54,126 nt of DNA, from assembly GCA_035762225.1 (NCBI GenBank), contig DASTPO010000446.1, forward strand, positions 1 to 54,126, in the 5' to 3' direction. A model generated the notes under the pieces. That model was not told where the DNA came from and ran no database searches. It saw only the letters and a list, made by a program, of their open reading frames with translations. The DNA is from Candidatus Angelobacter sp. (GTDB lineage: Bacteria > Acidobacteriota > Terriglobia > Terriglobales > Acidobacteriaceae). Positions within the stretch are counted from its first letter, which is position 1. The number at the start of each line of letters is the position of its first letter. The translations under genes and the position numbers were made by a program. This document shows, one piece after another, positions 9,865-18,614 of the stretch.

Positions 9865-10550
9865 TGCGCAGGCTTTTCCAGTTCGCGATCCTCGCTTGCC
9901 TGGCCACATTGGCGCAGGGCCAGGTGGTGGACCGCATGGTGGCCGTGGTGAACAAGCATGTGATTCTGCAAAGCGAACTGGACCAGGCAGCACGCGTGGA
10001 ACTTCTGATGCAAGGCAAGCCCATCGCCATGCTCGCTCAGTCCGATCGTTCCGCCATTCTGGAACGGCTGATTGATCGTGCCCTGCTCGATCAGCAGATC
10101 GCCAACCCGGAAGAACTCGCTCCCACACCGGCGGAGCTGGCGGACCGCAACCGGGAGCTGCGTCAATCGGTGCTTGGATCTGCGGTTGCAGACAACGCCC
10201 GATGGAACGCCGCATTGGCGTCCTATGGCCTTACCCAGCAGGACCTCGACGAGCAATTGACTGCGGAAGTCCGCATTCTCCGGTTCGTCGATCTCCGTTT
10301 CCGCGGCCTGGTGCGCGTGGAAAAAGACGATATCGCCGCCTATTACCAGGATAAATTCCTGCCTGAAGTGCGCAAGCGGAACGCCGCTGAGCCGGCGCTG
10401 GCCGAGGTCTCCGCCAGGATAGAGCAGGTACTGGCCGAGCAGCGCGTTGACGCCATGCTCGCTGACTGGCTCAAGACGCTGCGCGCCCAGGCTCACATTG
10501 AAAAAATGCTGCCCGCGCCCCCTGCGGCCGCTGCCGGGGCCAATCCATGA
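9864..10550 (+). CDS. SurA N-terminal-domain-like periplasmic chaperone (no parvulin domain)
   Basis: Signal peptide, then VVDRMVAVVNKHVILQSELDQ, the typical SurA_N start. Only 228 aa. The start overlaps the bamA stop (TGATG) and the stop overlaps the tamB start (ATGA). Confidence 0.65.
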   Translation: MRRLFQFAILACLATLAQGQVVDRMVAVVNKHVILQSELDQAARVELLMQGKPIAMLAQSDRSAILERLIDRALLDQQIANPEELAPTPAELADRNRELRQSVLGSAVADNARWNAALASYGLTQQDLDEQLTAEVRILRFVDLRFRGLVRVEKDDIAAYYQDKFLPEVRKRNAAEPALAEVSARIEQVLAEQRVDAMLADWLKTLRAQAHIEKMLPAPPAAAAGANP

Positions 10551-13500
10551 CGGTTAAAGTGGATGAAGTAACGTCTCCGGCTCCCGCCGATAAGCGCCCC
10601 AGACGCCGTTTGCCGCGCATCGTCGCCCTGATTGCGCTGGTCGTCCTGGTGCTGCTCGCAGCGTTAGCCATTTATCTCAATAGCGGCTCGTTCCGTGAAA
10701 CCGTGCGTGCCCGTGTCGTGGCCGATTTGCAGCGCATCACCGGCGGTAGAGTGGAAATCGAATCCTTTACCTGGAAGCTTTCGACTCTCCAGTTTGAAAT
10801 CCGCAATCTCACCATCCATGGGCGTGAAGCCGCCACTGATGTGCCCTATGCTCACGCCGATCGCATCTCGGTTGGCGTAAAGGTAGTTTCATTTTTCTCG
10901 CGCAAGATCTCTCTGGAGCGAGTGGACATTCAGGGCGCTGTCTTTCACCTGATGGTCTTTCCCGACGGTACCACGAACCAGCCTTCGCCGCTGCCCGGGA
11001 ACGGCGGCGCTGGCAACGAGCCTGCGGGGCAGGACATCTTTGACCTCGCCATCAAGCAGATTGCCGTCACCAACGGCACGCTGATGCTCAATCAGGAGAA
11101 AGTCCCGTTCAGCCTGGCGGGCAATGAAATTGGCGCGGGGATGAGTTATGTCCCCAGCCAGAAGGCGTATGACGGGCATCTCGATTTCTCGCCGCTCGTC
11201 ATCGCTTATCGCAAAGCGGCGCCGTTCCAGGCTGAGGTGCATGCCAGTTTCCTGCTGCGCGATAGAGAAACCGAGATCAAGTCGCTCAAGCTGTCCACGC
11301 GCAACTCCCGCATGGAAGCCAGCGGTACGCTGCGCAACTACAACAACCCTGACCTGACCCTGCAATACATGGCCTCGCTGGACCTGGCCGATGTCGCCAG
11401 GGAAGCCGCGCTTCTGCCATTGCGCGCCGGCCATGCCGACCTCAAGGGCTCGGGCACGTACCAGAACAAGCGTTACGCGTCGCAGGGCAATCTCAATGTG
11501 CGCGGCCTGGAATGGCGGGACTCCACGGTGCGTCTCACCGGCGTGGACGCCGCTTCGCCTTATGCGCTGACGCCGGAAAAAATCGTTCTTCCTCGTTTGG
11601 TCGCGCGCGTCTTTGGCGGAAACGTTCAGGGCCAGGTGCAGATCACCAACTGGAATCCTCCGCCTTCCGATAGGAGCAGCCCCGTTCGCGGCTCGGCAAC
11701 TCTCCACCTCTCGGGCGTTGAGCTCAACAAAGTAGCCGCCGGCGTCTCAAAGCCCCGCCTTCCGCTCGATAAGATTGCGTTGGCCGGCAGCATCTCCGGC
11801 GATATCAATTCCTCGTGGACCGGGGCTCCGGAGAGGGCAGTGTCTGCCATGAAGCTCGAGGTAAATCCTCCCGCGAACCCATTGCCGCGTGAGGTCCCGG
11901 TCACCGCTCAGTTGCAGGCCACCTATCACGGCGACCTGCGCACGCTCGACGTCGCCGGCCTCACCCTTGCCACCCGGGCCATTCGCCTGAGCGCCACCGG
12001 CGCGCTCGGCTCAGACAAGGCCCAGGCGCGCGTCTCATTGAACGCCACTGACCTGCTTGAGCTTCAGCCCGCGCTCGATGCGCTCAATCCGGGAACGCGC
12101 CTTCCGCTCGCGCTTGAGGGTCGTGCCTCATTTAATGGCGTGGTGTTCGGAAAGCTGGAGTCTCCTTCCGCCCGCGGCCACGTGGAGTTGGAAAAGTTCG
12201 ATACGGAATTCCGCCTGACGCCGGTGACCGTAAAGAACGCGGCGGTCGCCAAACCTCGCCGCCTCCATTGGGACGCGCTCACTGCCGATCTCAATTACGG
12301 GCCATCCGCCATCTCTTTGCAACACGGAACGCTGCGTCGCGGGGCTGCGCAGCTCGGTTTTACCGCCAGCGCCACTCTACGCCAGGGCGACTTTGACGAA
12401 AATACCAGCCAGCTCAACTTCACGCTCCATGTGCAGAATGAAAATGTAGCGGACATCCAGGCGCTCGCTGAAACCAACTACCCCATCACCGGCCAGGTCA
12501 ATGCCGATGTGCAGGCCACCGGCACGGTGCGCACTCTCCAGGGTGGCGGCAAGGTGCAGATTTCGCGCTTGACCGCCTACCGCGAGCCATTTCAATCTTT
12601 CTCCAGCGACCTGCGTCTGAACGGAAGCGAAGTGGCGCTGGCGAATGTCTCTCTCACCCACAACGGTGCGCGGCTCACCGGTACCGTGGCCTATAACGTT
12701 GACAACAAGAATTTCCGCTTTGATCTGACCGGCGTCAATATTGATTTCTCTGATCTCGCCGACATTCAGACTTCCCGCCTCAGCATATCGGGCCACGCCG
12801 GCTTTCACGTCACCGGTTCGGGCACGGAGGAGGCCCCGGTCATCAATGGCCAATTCGACCTGCGCGACATAGTCCTCAACCATGAGCTGGTAGGCAGCAT
12901 GACCGTGCTGGCTGAGACCCACGGCGAAGATGTGCAGCTGCGCGGGCGCTCGAATTTCTCTGAAGCCGAGCTCAACCTTGACGGCAAGGTGCATCTCCGC
13001 GGTGACTGGCCGGGCGAGATCAACATAAAGTTCTCCCGTCTCGATTTTGATCCGTTGATCCGCGCCTATTTTCAGGGCCAGATAACCGGGCACTCTTCCA
13101 TCGCCGGTACCATCAATATCCGCGGCCTGATGAAAAAGCCGGACAGCATTGTTATCACCGGCGACGTCACCCAGCTTTCCGCCGACGTGGAAAACCTGAA
13201 GCTGCAAAACAGTGGGCCGATTCACCTCGCTATCCAGAATGAAGCCTTGAAGGTGGATGAATTCCGTCTGGTTGGCGCTGACACCGATATCGCCATCCAG
13301 GGTAGCGTCCAACTCGTGGGTGAGCATGCGCTTGATCTGAGCTCCAGGGGACGGTTCAACCTGAGGCTGCTGCAGGGGTTCAATCCCAATATGGTGGCCA
13401 ACGGTCCGGCCACGTTCACGGTGACTGTCACCGGTAATTCGGCGCGGCCGCGCCTCAGCGGGCGGCTGGAACTGGCCAACGCGTCGGTTTCTTTCGTCGA

Positions 13501-14620
13501 TCTTCCCAATGGACTGAGCCAGATCAATGGTTCCCTGGTTTTTGCTCAGGACCGCATGCAGATTGAAAAGCTTACCGCCCACACCGGAGGCGGAGAACTC
13601 AATGTCGGCGGCTTCCTGGCCTACCGCAACGGACTTTATTTTGATCTAACCGCCACAGGCAATGATGTGCGCCTGCGTTATCCTCCGGGGGTCAGTTCCG
13701 CCGCCGATGCCACACTGCGCTACACCGGGTCGGCCAAAGGCTCGTTGCTTTCCGGCGACATTGTGGTCAACCGCTTTGGCATGAACCCGCATTTCGACTT
13801 CGGCAACTATCTGGCGCAAAGCAAAAAAGCGCCCATGATTTCCACGCTGAATCCGTTTCTGGATAACATGCGCCTGGATCTGCACATCACCTCCACGCCT
13901 GAGCTGCGCGTGGAGACTTCGCTGGCAAAACTCTCGGGTGATCTCGACTTGCATGTGCGCGGCACCGCGGCGCGGCCGTCGATTGTCGGGCGCGTCAACA
14001 TCGCAGAAGGCGACATATTCTTCAAGAGCAACAAGTACAAGCTGGAGCGCGGGGACATCACTTTCAGCAACCCGCTCGCCATCGAGCCCGTCATTAATAT
14101 AGATATGTCGTCGCGCGTGCAGGATTATGATGTCACGATCGGCCTGCATGGGCAGGCTATCGGCGGCAAAGGGCTCAGCATGACGTATCGCTCCGATCCT
14201 CCGTTGTCGAACTCTGAAATCATCGCGCTGCTGGCCTTCGGGAGGACGCGCAACGATGGCGTCTATACCGCCAGCCAGCCCGGCCAGGCCACCAGCGATG
14301 CCGCTGCAGCTTCGAACGCGATCCTCGGCGAAGCGCTGAACGCCACTTTCAGTGACCGCGTGCAGCGTCTCTTCGGCGCCAGCCGGGTAAAGATCGATCC
14401 CTTGTTCATTGGCTCGGAAAACAACCCCAGCGCCCGCGTGACTATTGAAACGCAGATCAACAACAACATCACGTTTACCTATATCACCAGCCTCACCCAG
14501 TCCGCGGAGACTGTGATCCAGGTGGAATACAACATTGACAAGAATGTCTCCATCGTCGCTGTCAGGGATCAGAACGGAGTGCTGGGATTTGATGTGCACA
14601 TTCGCAGGCGGAAAAAATAA
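10547..14620 (+). CDS. tamB: Translocation and assembly module protein TamB (DUF490 C-terminus)
   Basis: 1357 aa with an N-terminal signal-anchor helix and a long beta-rich body. The C-terminal region (LSGDLDLHVRGTAARPSIVGRVNI..G....F..NKYKLERGDITF ... SDPPLSNSEIIALL) is characteristic of TamB/DUF490. Confidence 0.85.
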   Translation: MTVKVDEVTSPAPADKRPRRRLPRIVALIALVVLVLLAALAIYLNSGSFRETVRARVVADLQRITGGRVEIESFTWKLSTLQFEIRNLTIHGREAATDVPYAHADRISVGVKVVSFFSRKISLERVDIQGAVFHLMVFPDGTTNQPSPLPGNGGAGNEPAGQDIFDLAIKQIAVTNGTLMLNQEKVPFSLAGNEIGAGMSYVPSQKAYDGHLDFSPLVIAYRKAAPFQAEVHASFLLRDRETEIKSLKLSTRNSRMEASGTLRNYNNPDLTLQYMASLDLADVAREAALLPLRAGHADLKGSGTYQNKRYASQGNLNVRGLEWRDSTVRLTGVDAASPYALTPEKIVLPRLVARVFGGNVQGQVQITNWNPPPSDRSSPVRGSATLHLSGVELNKVAAGVSKPRLPLDKIALAGSISGDINSSWTGAPERAVSAMKLEVNPPANPLPREVPVTAQLQATYHGDLRTLDVAGLTLATRAIRLSATGALGSDKAQARVSLNATDLLELQPALDALNPGTRLPLALEGRASFNGVVFGKLESPSARGHVELEKFDTEFRLTPVTVKNAAVAKPRRLHWDALTADLNYGPSAISLQHGTLRRGAAQLGFTASATLRQGDFDENTSQLNFTLHVQNENVADIQALAETNYPITGQVNADVQATGTVRTLQGGGKVQISRLTAYREPFQSFSSDLRLNGSEVALANVSLTHNGARLTGTVAYNVDNKNFRFDLTGVNIDFSDLADIQTSRLSISGHAGFHVTGSGTEEAPVINGQFDLRDIVLNHELVGSMTVLAETHGEDVQLRGRSNFSEAELNLDGKVHLRGDWPGEINIKFSRLDFDPLIRAYFQGQITGHSSIAGTINIRGLMKKPDSIVITGDVTQLSADVENLKLQNSGPIHLAIQNEALKVDEFRLVGADTDIAIQGSVQLVGEHALDLSSRGRFNLRLLQGFNPNMVANGPATFTVTVTGNSARPRLSGRLELANASVSFVDLPNGLSQINGSLVFAQDRMQIEKLTAHTGGGELNVGGFLAYRNGLYFDLTATGNDVRLRYPPGVSSAADATLRYTGSAKGSLLSGDIVVNRFGMNPHFDFGNYLAQSKKAPMISTLNPFLDNMRLDLHITSTPELRVETSLAKLSGDLDLHVRGTAARPSIVGRVNIAEGDIFFKSNKYKLERGDITFSNPLAIEPVINIDMSSRVQDYDVTIGLHGQAIGGKGLSMTYRSDPPLSNSEIIALLAFGRTRNDGVYTASQPGQATSDAAAASNAILGEALNATFSDRVQRLFGASRVKIDPLFIGSENNPSARVTIETQINNNITFTYITSLTQSAETVIQVEYNIDKNVSIVAVRDQNGVLGFDVHIRRRKK

Positions 14621-14622
14621 AG

Positions 14623-15282
14623 ATGGACGGAAACGGCACAGACCCTTTTGCGGCAGAGCGCTCGACCATGGTGGAGAAACATCTGCGCCAGCGCGGCATC
14701 CGTGACGAGCGCGTGCTCACGGCCATGGGCCGCGTCCCGCGGCATGAGTTTCTCAGCCCGCAGAACTGGAGCATTGCTTATGGCGATCATCCGGTCGGCA
14801 TTGCTGAGGAGCAGACTACATCCCAGCCTTACATGATTGCCGCCATGATTCAGGCGGCTCAGGTCATGCCAGCCGATCGCGTTTTGGAAATAGGCGCCGG
14901 CTCCGGATATCAGACGGCATTGCTAGCCGAACTTGCCAGCCAGGTCTTCGCCATCGAGCGCCACGTTCTGCTGGCGGACACCGCGCGCGATACCCTTGAC
15001 CGCCTTGGCTACCGCAACATCAAGATCGTCAGCGGCGATGGCTCCCTGGGCTTTGCTGAAGCCGCGCCTTACGATGTGATCATCGTCTCTGCCGCCGCGC
15101 CCTATGTTCCGCCGGCGCTGGCAGACCAGCTTGCGCCGGGCGGCCGCCTCGTCATTCCCGTGGGTGATTCGCAGCAAGTGGTGCAGCTGGTGCGTCGCGA
15201 ACCTGACGGTAAGATCAGCGTGCGCACGCTCGAAGGGTGCCGCTTTGTGCCGCTCATCGGCCTGCACGGGTTTGCGGCCTAG
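14623..15282 (+). CDS. pcm: Protein-L-isoaspartate O-methyltransferase
   Basis: TSQPYMIAAMIQ, the SAM motif VLEIGAGSGYQTALLA, and PYDVIIVSAAA...L..QL.PGGRLVIPVG. Confidence 0.9.
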   Translation: MDGNGTDPFAAERSTMVEKHLRQRGIRDERVLTAMGRVPRHEFLSPQNWSIAYGDHPVGIAEEQTTSQPYMIAAMIQAAQVMPADRVLEIGAGSGYQTALLAELASQVFAIERHVLLADTARDTLDRLGYRNIKIVSGDGSLGFAEAAPYDVIIVSAAAPYVPPALADQLAPGGRLVIPVGDSQQVVQLVRREPDGKISVRTLEGCRFVPLIGLHGFAA

Positions 15283-15310
15283 CGAGGCAAGAAAGCCAGG
15301 GAGTTCGATC

Positions 15311-15787
15311 GTGAAAAAAGCCGCGTTTGCGATAGTGCTTGGGGCTGCGGTAACAACCGTATTGCTTTTTTGTTTCCAGCGATTCCGCATTCAGCCGCTT
15401 AACGACTCGTCGCCCCCTAACCATCAGCGCGTGCGCAAGGCCAAAGACGCCTTTTGCAGCCGTGAAGGAGGAAATACCGCGTCACGATTGATATATGTGG
15501 AAGCCGTTGACGATGCCGGCCGTCGCGGTCCTTTGGTCAGGATCAACCATGAGACCATGCCGGTCTCACAGGCTCAGAAGCAACTCCATAGCATCTATGC
15601 TGTCAGGGCCGATAGGGTGGTCTTTGTCGTGAGCTCTCCAGATGCCGCAAGCCGGGGTCAATTCGACGTAATCAACCTCGTGCAGCATGTGGACACGATA
15701 GAGGATGTTTGCATCATTGATCCAAAGAGTCCACCAACCTGGTATCCCCCGCAGGAAATTGTGTATCCTGCCTCTCGCCTCCAATAA
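15311..15787 (+). CDS. Hypothetical membrane-anchored protein (possible ExbD/TolR-like fold)
   Basis: A GTG at 15311, in frame with the listed 15104 ORF, avoids the overlap with pcm. N-terminal TM KKAAFAIVLGAAVTTVLLFCF. The C-terminal segment RINHETMPVSQAQKQLHSIYAVRADRVVFVVSS..FDVINLVQHV loosely follows the ExbD pattern. This is a weak call. Confidence 0.4.
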   Translation: MKKAAFAIVLGAAVTTVLLFCFQRFRIQPLNDSSPPNHQRVRKAKDAFCSREGGNTASRLIYVEAVDDAGRRGPLVRINHETMPVSQAQKQLHSIYAVRADRVVFVVSSPDAASRGQFDVINLVQHVDTIEDVCIIDPKSPPTWYPPQEIVYPASRLQ

Positions 15788-15801
15788 ACGTTGCGCAGGT
15801 C

Positions 15802-16728
15802 ATGCGGTCTCGGCATGAGCTACATCGTCGCGGCAAACACGTGCTTGCGCTAAACTATTCCGTGGCTCTTCTCACCGATTTCAAAACCACGCTGGAGATG
15901 ATCAAGTGGGAGCACTCCATCTTTGCTCTTCCATTTGCTCTCTGCGCGGCCATGCTCGCCGCCGGGGGCGTGCCCACCGCAGCCAAATTGGGCTGGATCG
16001 TTTTATGCATGGTCTCGGCCCGCTCAGCGGCCATGGCGTTCAACCGCATTGCCGACGCACGTATTGACGCCGCCAATCCCCGCACCGCCATGCGCGCGAT
16101 TCCTGCAGGGACACTCTCTCTGCGCTTTGCCACGGCTTTTGTAGCTGTGGCCTGCGCCTTGTTTGTGCTGGGCGCTGCGCGACTCAATCGAGTTACGCTG
16201 TTGCTTTCGCCCATTGCGCTGGCTATCGTTCTGCTCTATTCCTACACCAAGCGTTTCACACGGTGGTCGCACCTGGTGCTCGGTTTTGCCCTGGGGATTG
16301 CCCCGGCGGCGGCCTGGATCGCCGTGCGTGGCTCGCTCGATCCCCGCATCTTGCTGCTCACCGCCGCCGTCACTTTCTGGGTTGGCGGCTTTGACGTGCT
16401 CTACGCCTGCCAGGACATTGAGTTTGATCGCGCCAACGCGCTCAACTCCATCCCCCAGGCGCTGGGCGTGCCGCGCGCGCTGGTTGTGGCTCGCGTTCTT
16501 CACCTGCTCATGTTGGGATTGCTGGTGGCCCTGGTGTTTGCCTTCGGGCTGGGCAAGCTAGCCATGGTAGGAGTGGCCGCGGTGGCGCTGCTGCTGGCTT
16601 ATGAGCACTCGCTGGTCAAGTCCGACGATCTCAGCAAACTCAATGCCGCTTTCTTCACCATGAACGGCGTAATCGCCGTGGTCTTCTTTGTGTTCGTCGC
16701 CGCCGATCTGCTGATGCGACATCCCTGA
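15802..16728 (+). CDS. UbiA-family 4-hydroxybenzoate polyprenyltransferase-like prenyltransferase
   Basis: LEMIKWEHSIFALPFAL start motif, NRIADARID Asp-rich motif and a second DxxxD-type region (YACQDIEFD), with about 8-9 TM helices. The true start is probably downstream of 15802. Confidence 0.82.
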   Translation: MRSRHELHRRGKHVLALNYSVALLTDFKTTLEMIKWEHSIFALPFALCAAMLAAGGVPTAAKLGWIVLCMVSARSAAMAFNRIADARIDAANPRTAMRAIPAGTLSLRFATAFVAVACALFVLGAARLNRVTLLLSPIALAIVLLYSYTKRFTRWSHLVLGFALGIAPAAAWIAVRGSLDPRILLLTAAVTFWVGGFDVLYACQDIEFDRANALNSIPQALGVPRALVVARVLHLLMLGLLVALVFAFGLGKLAMVGVAAVALLLAYEHSLVKSDDLSKLNAAFFTMNGVIAVVFFVFVAADLLMRHP

Positions 16729-16839
16729 TCCGGGTCGCGCTCTCATGCTGACCGCATGAGCATGGCCGGCAACAGAGGCTCAGATAAACGTGGACGTCCG
16801 GTAAAGATTGCGTCCGGCGTTCGATTACACTGATTACCC

Positions 16840-18483
16840 ATGCGCGATCCGGTTGAACTGGAAATCTTCAAGAGTCTTTTCCACTCCATTGCGGAAGAGA
16901 TGGGCGCGGCCCTGCGTCGCACGGCCTTTTCGCCCAACATCAAAGAGCGGCGCGACTATTCCTGCGCGGTGTTTGACGGCGCTGGGGAAGTGGTCGCCAT
17001 GGGCGACCACATGCCCGTGCATCTGGGCTCCATGCCTATGTCAGTACGCGCGGCGGTGGAAAAGCTTGCGCTCGATCCCGGCGATATCGCCATCCTGAAC
17101 GATCCGTTTTGCGGCGGCACGCACCTGCCGGACATTACGCTGGTTGCGCCGGTGTTTCTGAGCAGAAAAAACCGAAGTGCCAGGAACACCAGAAAAGGGG
17201 CGAAGTCGAGAACTTCTGCGAAGCCGGCGTTTTACGTCGCGTCTCGAGCGCACCATGCCGATGTCGGCGGGACCTATGCCGGGTCCATGGGCATCTGCCG
17301 CGAGATTTATCAGGAAGGCATACGCATTCCGCCCATCAAACTGATCGCCGGCGGCGTCATGCGGGATGACGTTCTTCGCCTTCTGCTTAACAACGTGCGC
17401 ACGCCGGAGGAGCGGGAAGGCGACCTGAAAGCGCAGATCGCGGCCTGCCATACCGGCGCCACCCGGCTTCTGGATATCGTAGAGCGCTACAGCCTGCCGC
17501 GGGTGCAACGGGTGCTGGACGAACTGCAGGACTACTCGGAAAAGCTGATGCGCGCGTTCCTGAGCAAGGTGCCGCGTGGCCGCTACCAGGCCGAAGATTT
17601 CCTGGATGACGATGGCGCCGGCTCCGGGCCGGTGCGTATTGCCGTGGCGCTCACATTTGCTTCAGCCTCGGCCGGCCGGCCAATTGTCACGGTGGACTTC
17701 ACTGGCAGCTCGCCGCAGGTTGCGGGCAGCATCAATGCGGTCGAAGCCATTACTTATTCAGCCTGCTTTTACGTGTTTCGCTGCCTGTTGCAGGAGGATG
17801 TTCCGGCAGCCGCCGGGCTGATGCGCCCCGTGAGCATGATCGCTCCTGCGGGAGCGATAGTGAACGCACGCCCCCCCGCGGCCGTGGCCGGAGGGAACGT
17901 CGAGACCTCGCAACGCATCGTCGATGTGCTCTTGCGCGCTCTGTCTCAGGCGATGCCGGACCGCGTTCCAGCAGGCTCATCTGGAACCATGAACAACCTT
18001 ACGATCGGCGGGATTGACGAACGAACCGGCGAGCCCTTTGCATACTATGAAACAATCGCCGGCGGCATGGGCGCGCGGCCTGATCGGCCGGGCGTGAGCG
18101 GCGTCCACACGCACATGACGAACTCGCTCAATACTCCGGCTGAAGCGCTGGAATATGCCTACCCTTTGCGTGTGACGCAATACTCGCTGCGGAAGGGAAG
18201 CGGTGGCGCAGGCAAGTTCCGCGGAGGTGATGGCATTGTGCGCGAGCTTGAGTTGCTGGCCGATTCCGAAGTCACCTTGCTGGCTGACCGCCGCAGTCGC
18301 GGGCCGTATGGCTTGCGCGGCGGAGCGGACGGCGCGCCCGGAAGGACCGAGATCATCCATGCTGGAGGGCAGCGGGAGCAGCTCCCCGGCAAAGCCAGCG
18401 TTCGGGTGAAGAAGGGTGCCAGGGTGCGGATTGAATCTCCCGGCGGCGGTGGCTTTGGCGAGCCAGGATCCAAGACCGGATAA
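16840..18483 (+). CDS. Hydantoinase B / oxoprolinase family protein
   Basis: DPVELEIFKSLFHSIAEEMG, SPNIKERRDYSCAVFD, NDPFCGGTHLPDIT and HHADVGG are hallmark HyuB motifs. Confidence 0.85.
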   Translation: MRDPVELEIFKSLFHSIAEEMGAALRRTAFSPNIKERRDYSCAVFDGAGEVVAMGDHMPVHLGSMPMSVRAAVEKLALDPGDIAILNDPFCGGTHLPDITLVAPVFLSRKNRSARNTRKGAKSRTSAKPAFYVASRAHHADVGGTYAGSMGICREIYQEGIRIPPIKLIAGGVMRDDVLRLLLNNVRTPEEREGDLKAQIAACHTGATRLLDIVERYSLPRVQRVLDELQDYSEKLMRAFLSKVPRGRYQAEDFLDDDGAGSGPVRIAVALTFASASAGRPIVTVDFTGSSPQVAGSINAVEAITYSACFYVFRCLLQEDVPAAAGLMRPVSMIAPAGAIVNARPPAAVAGGNVETSQRIVDVLLRALSQAMPDRVPAGSSGTMNNLTIGGIDERTGEPFAYYETIAGGMGARPDRPGVSGVHTHMTNSLNTPAEALEYAYPLRVTQYSLRKGSGGAGKFRGGDGIVRELELLADSEVTLLADRRSRGPYGLRGGADGAPGRTEIIHAGGQREQLPGKASVRVKKGARVRIESPGGGGFGEPGSKTG

Positions 18484-18614
18484 TCCGCGATCATCGCAAT
18501 CGATGATCGAAAATCGATAGAGCTCTGCCCGCACGCCATCCAGAGCGCTTTCCCATTGGACCAGCAACCGGACAAGTTGATGCCCGTTGCTACTTTCCGT
18601 CTCCAGCCAAAGTT

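Noticed and set aside
7132-14599. Many long antisense or out-of-frame ORFs inside bamA and tamB (for example 7132..7995, 8065..8838, 8926..9690, 10889..11707, 12377..13582, 13646..14599).
   Set aside because: These are typical stop-codon-poor shadow frames of high-GC genes. Their translations lack motifs and are Arg/Gly/His-rich, and the sense frames have clear family signatures. The same reasoning was applied to shadow ORFs inside asmA, hyuB, kaiC, tdh, kbl, pyrC and others.
15104-15310. The 5' part of ORF 15104..15787, which overlaps pcm.
   Set aside because: It overlaps the well-supported pcm gene by about 180 nt. An in-frame GTG at 15311, right before a TM helix, gives a non-overlapping model.
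18488-18509. Perfect 9-bp hairpin CGATCATCG-caat-CGATGATCG right after the hyuB stop, considered as a terminator.
   Set aside because: It is followed by AAAA rather than a T-tract on the plus strand, and it has no T-tract in the right place for the convergent asmA either. It may still be a structural element but cannot be called a canonical terminator.
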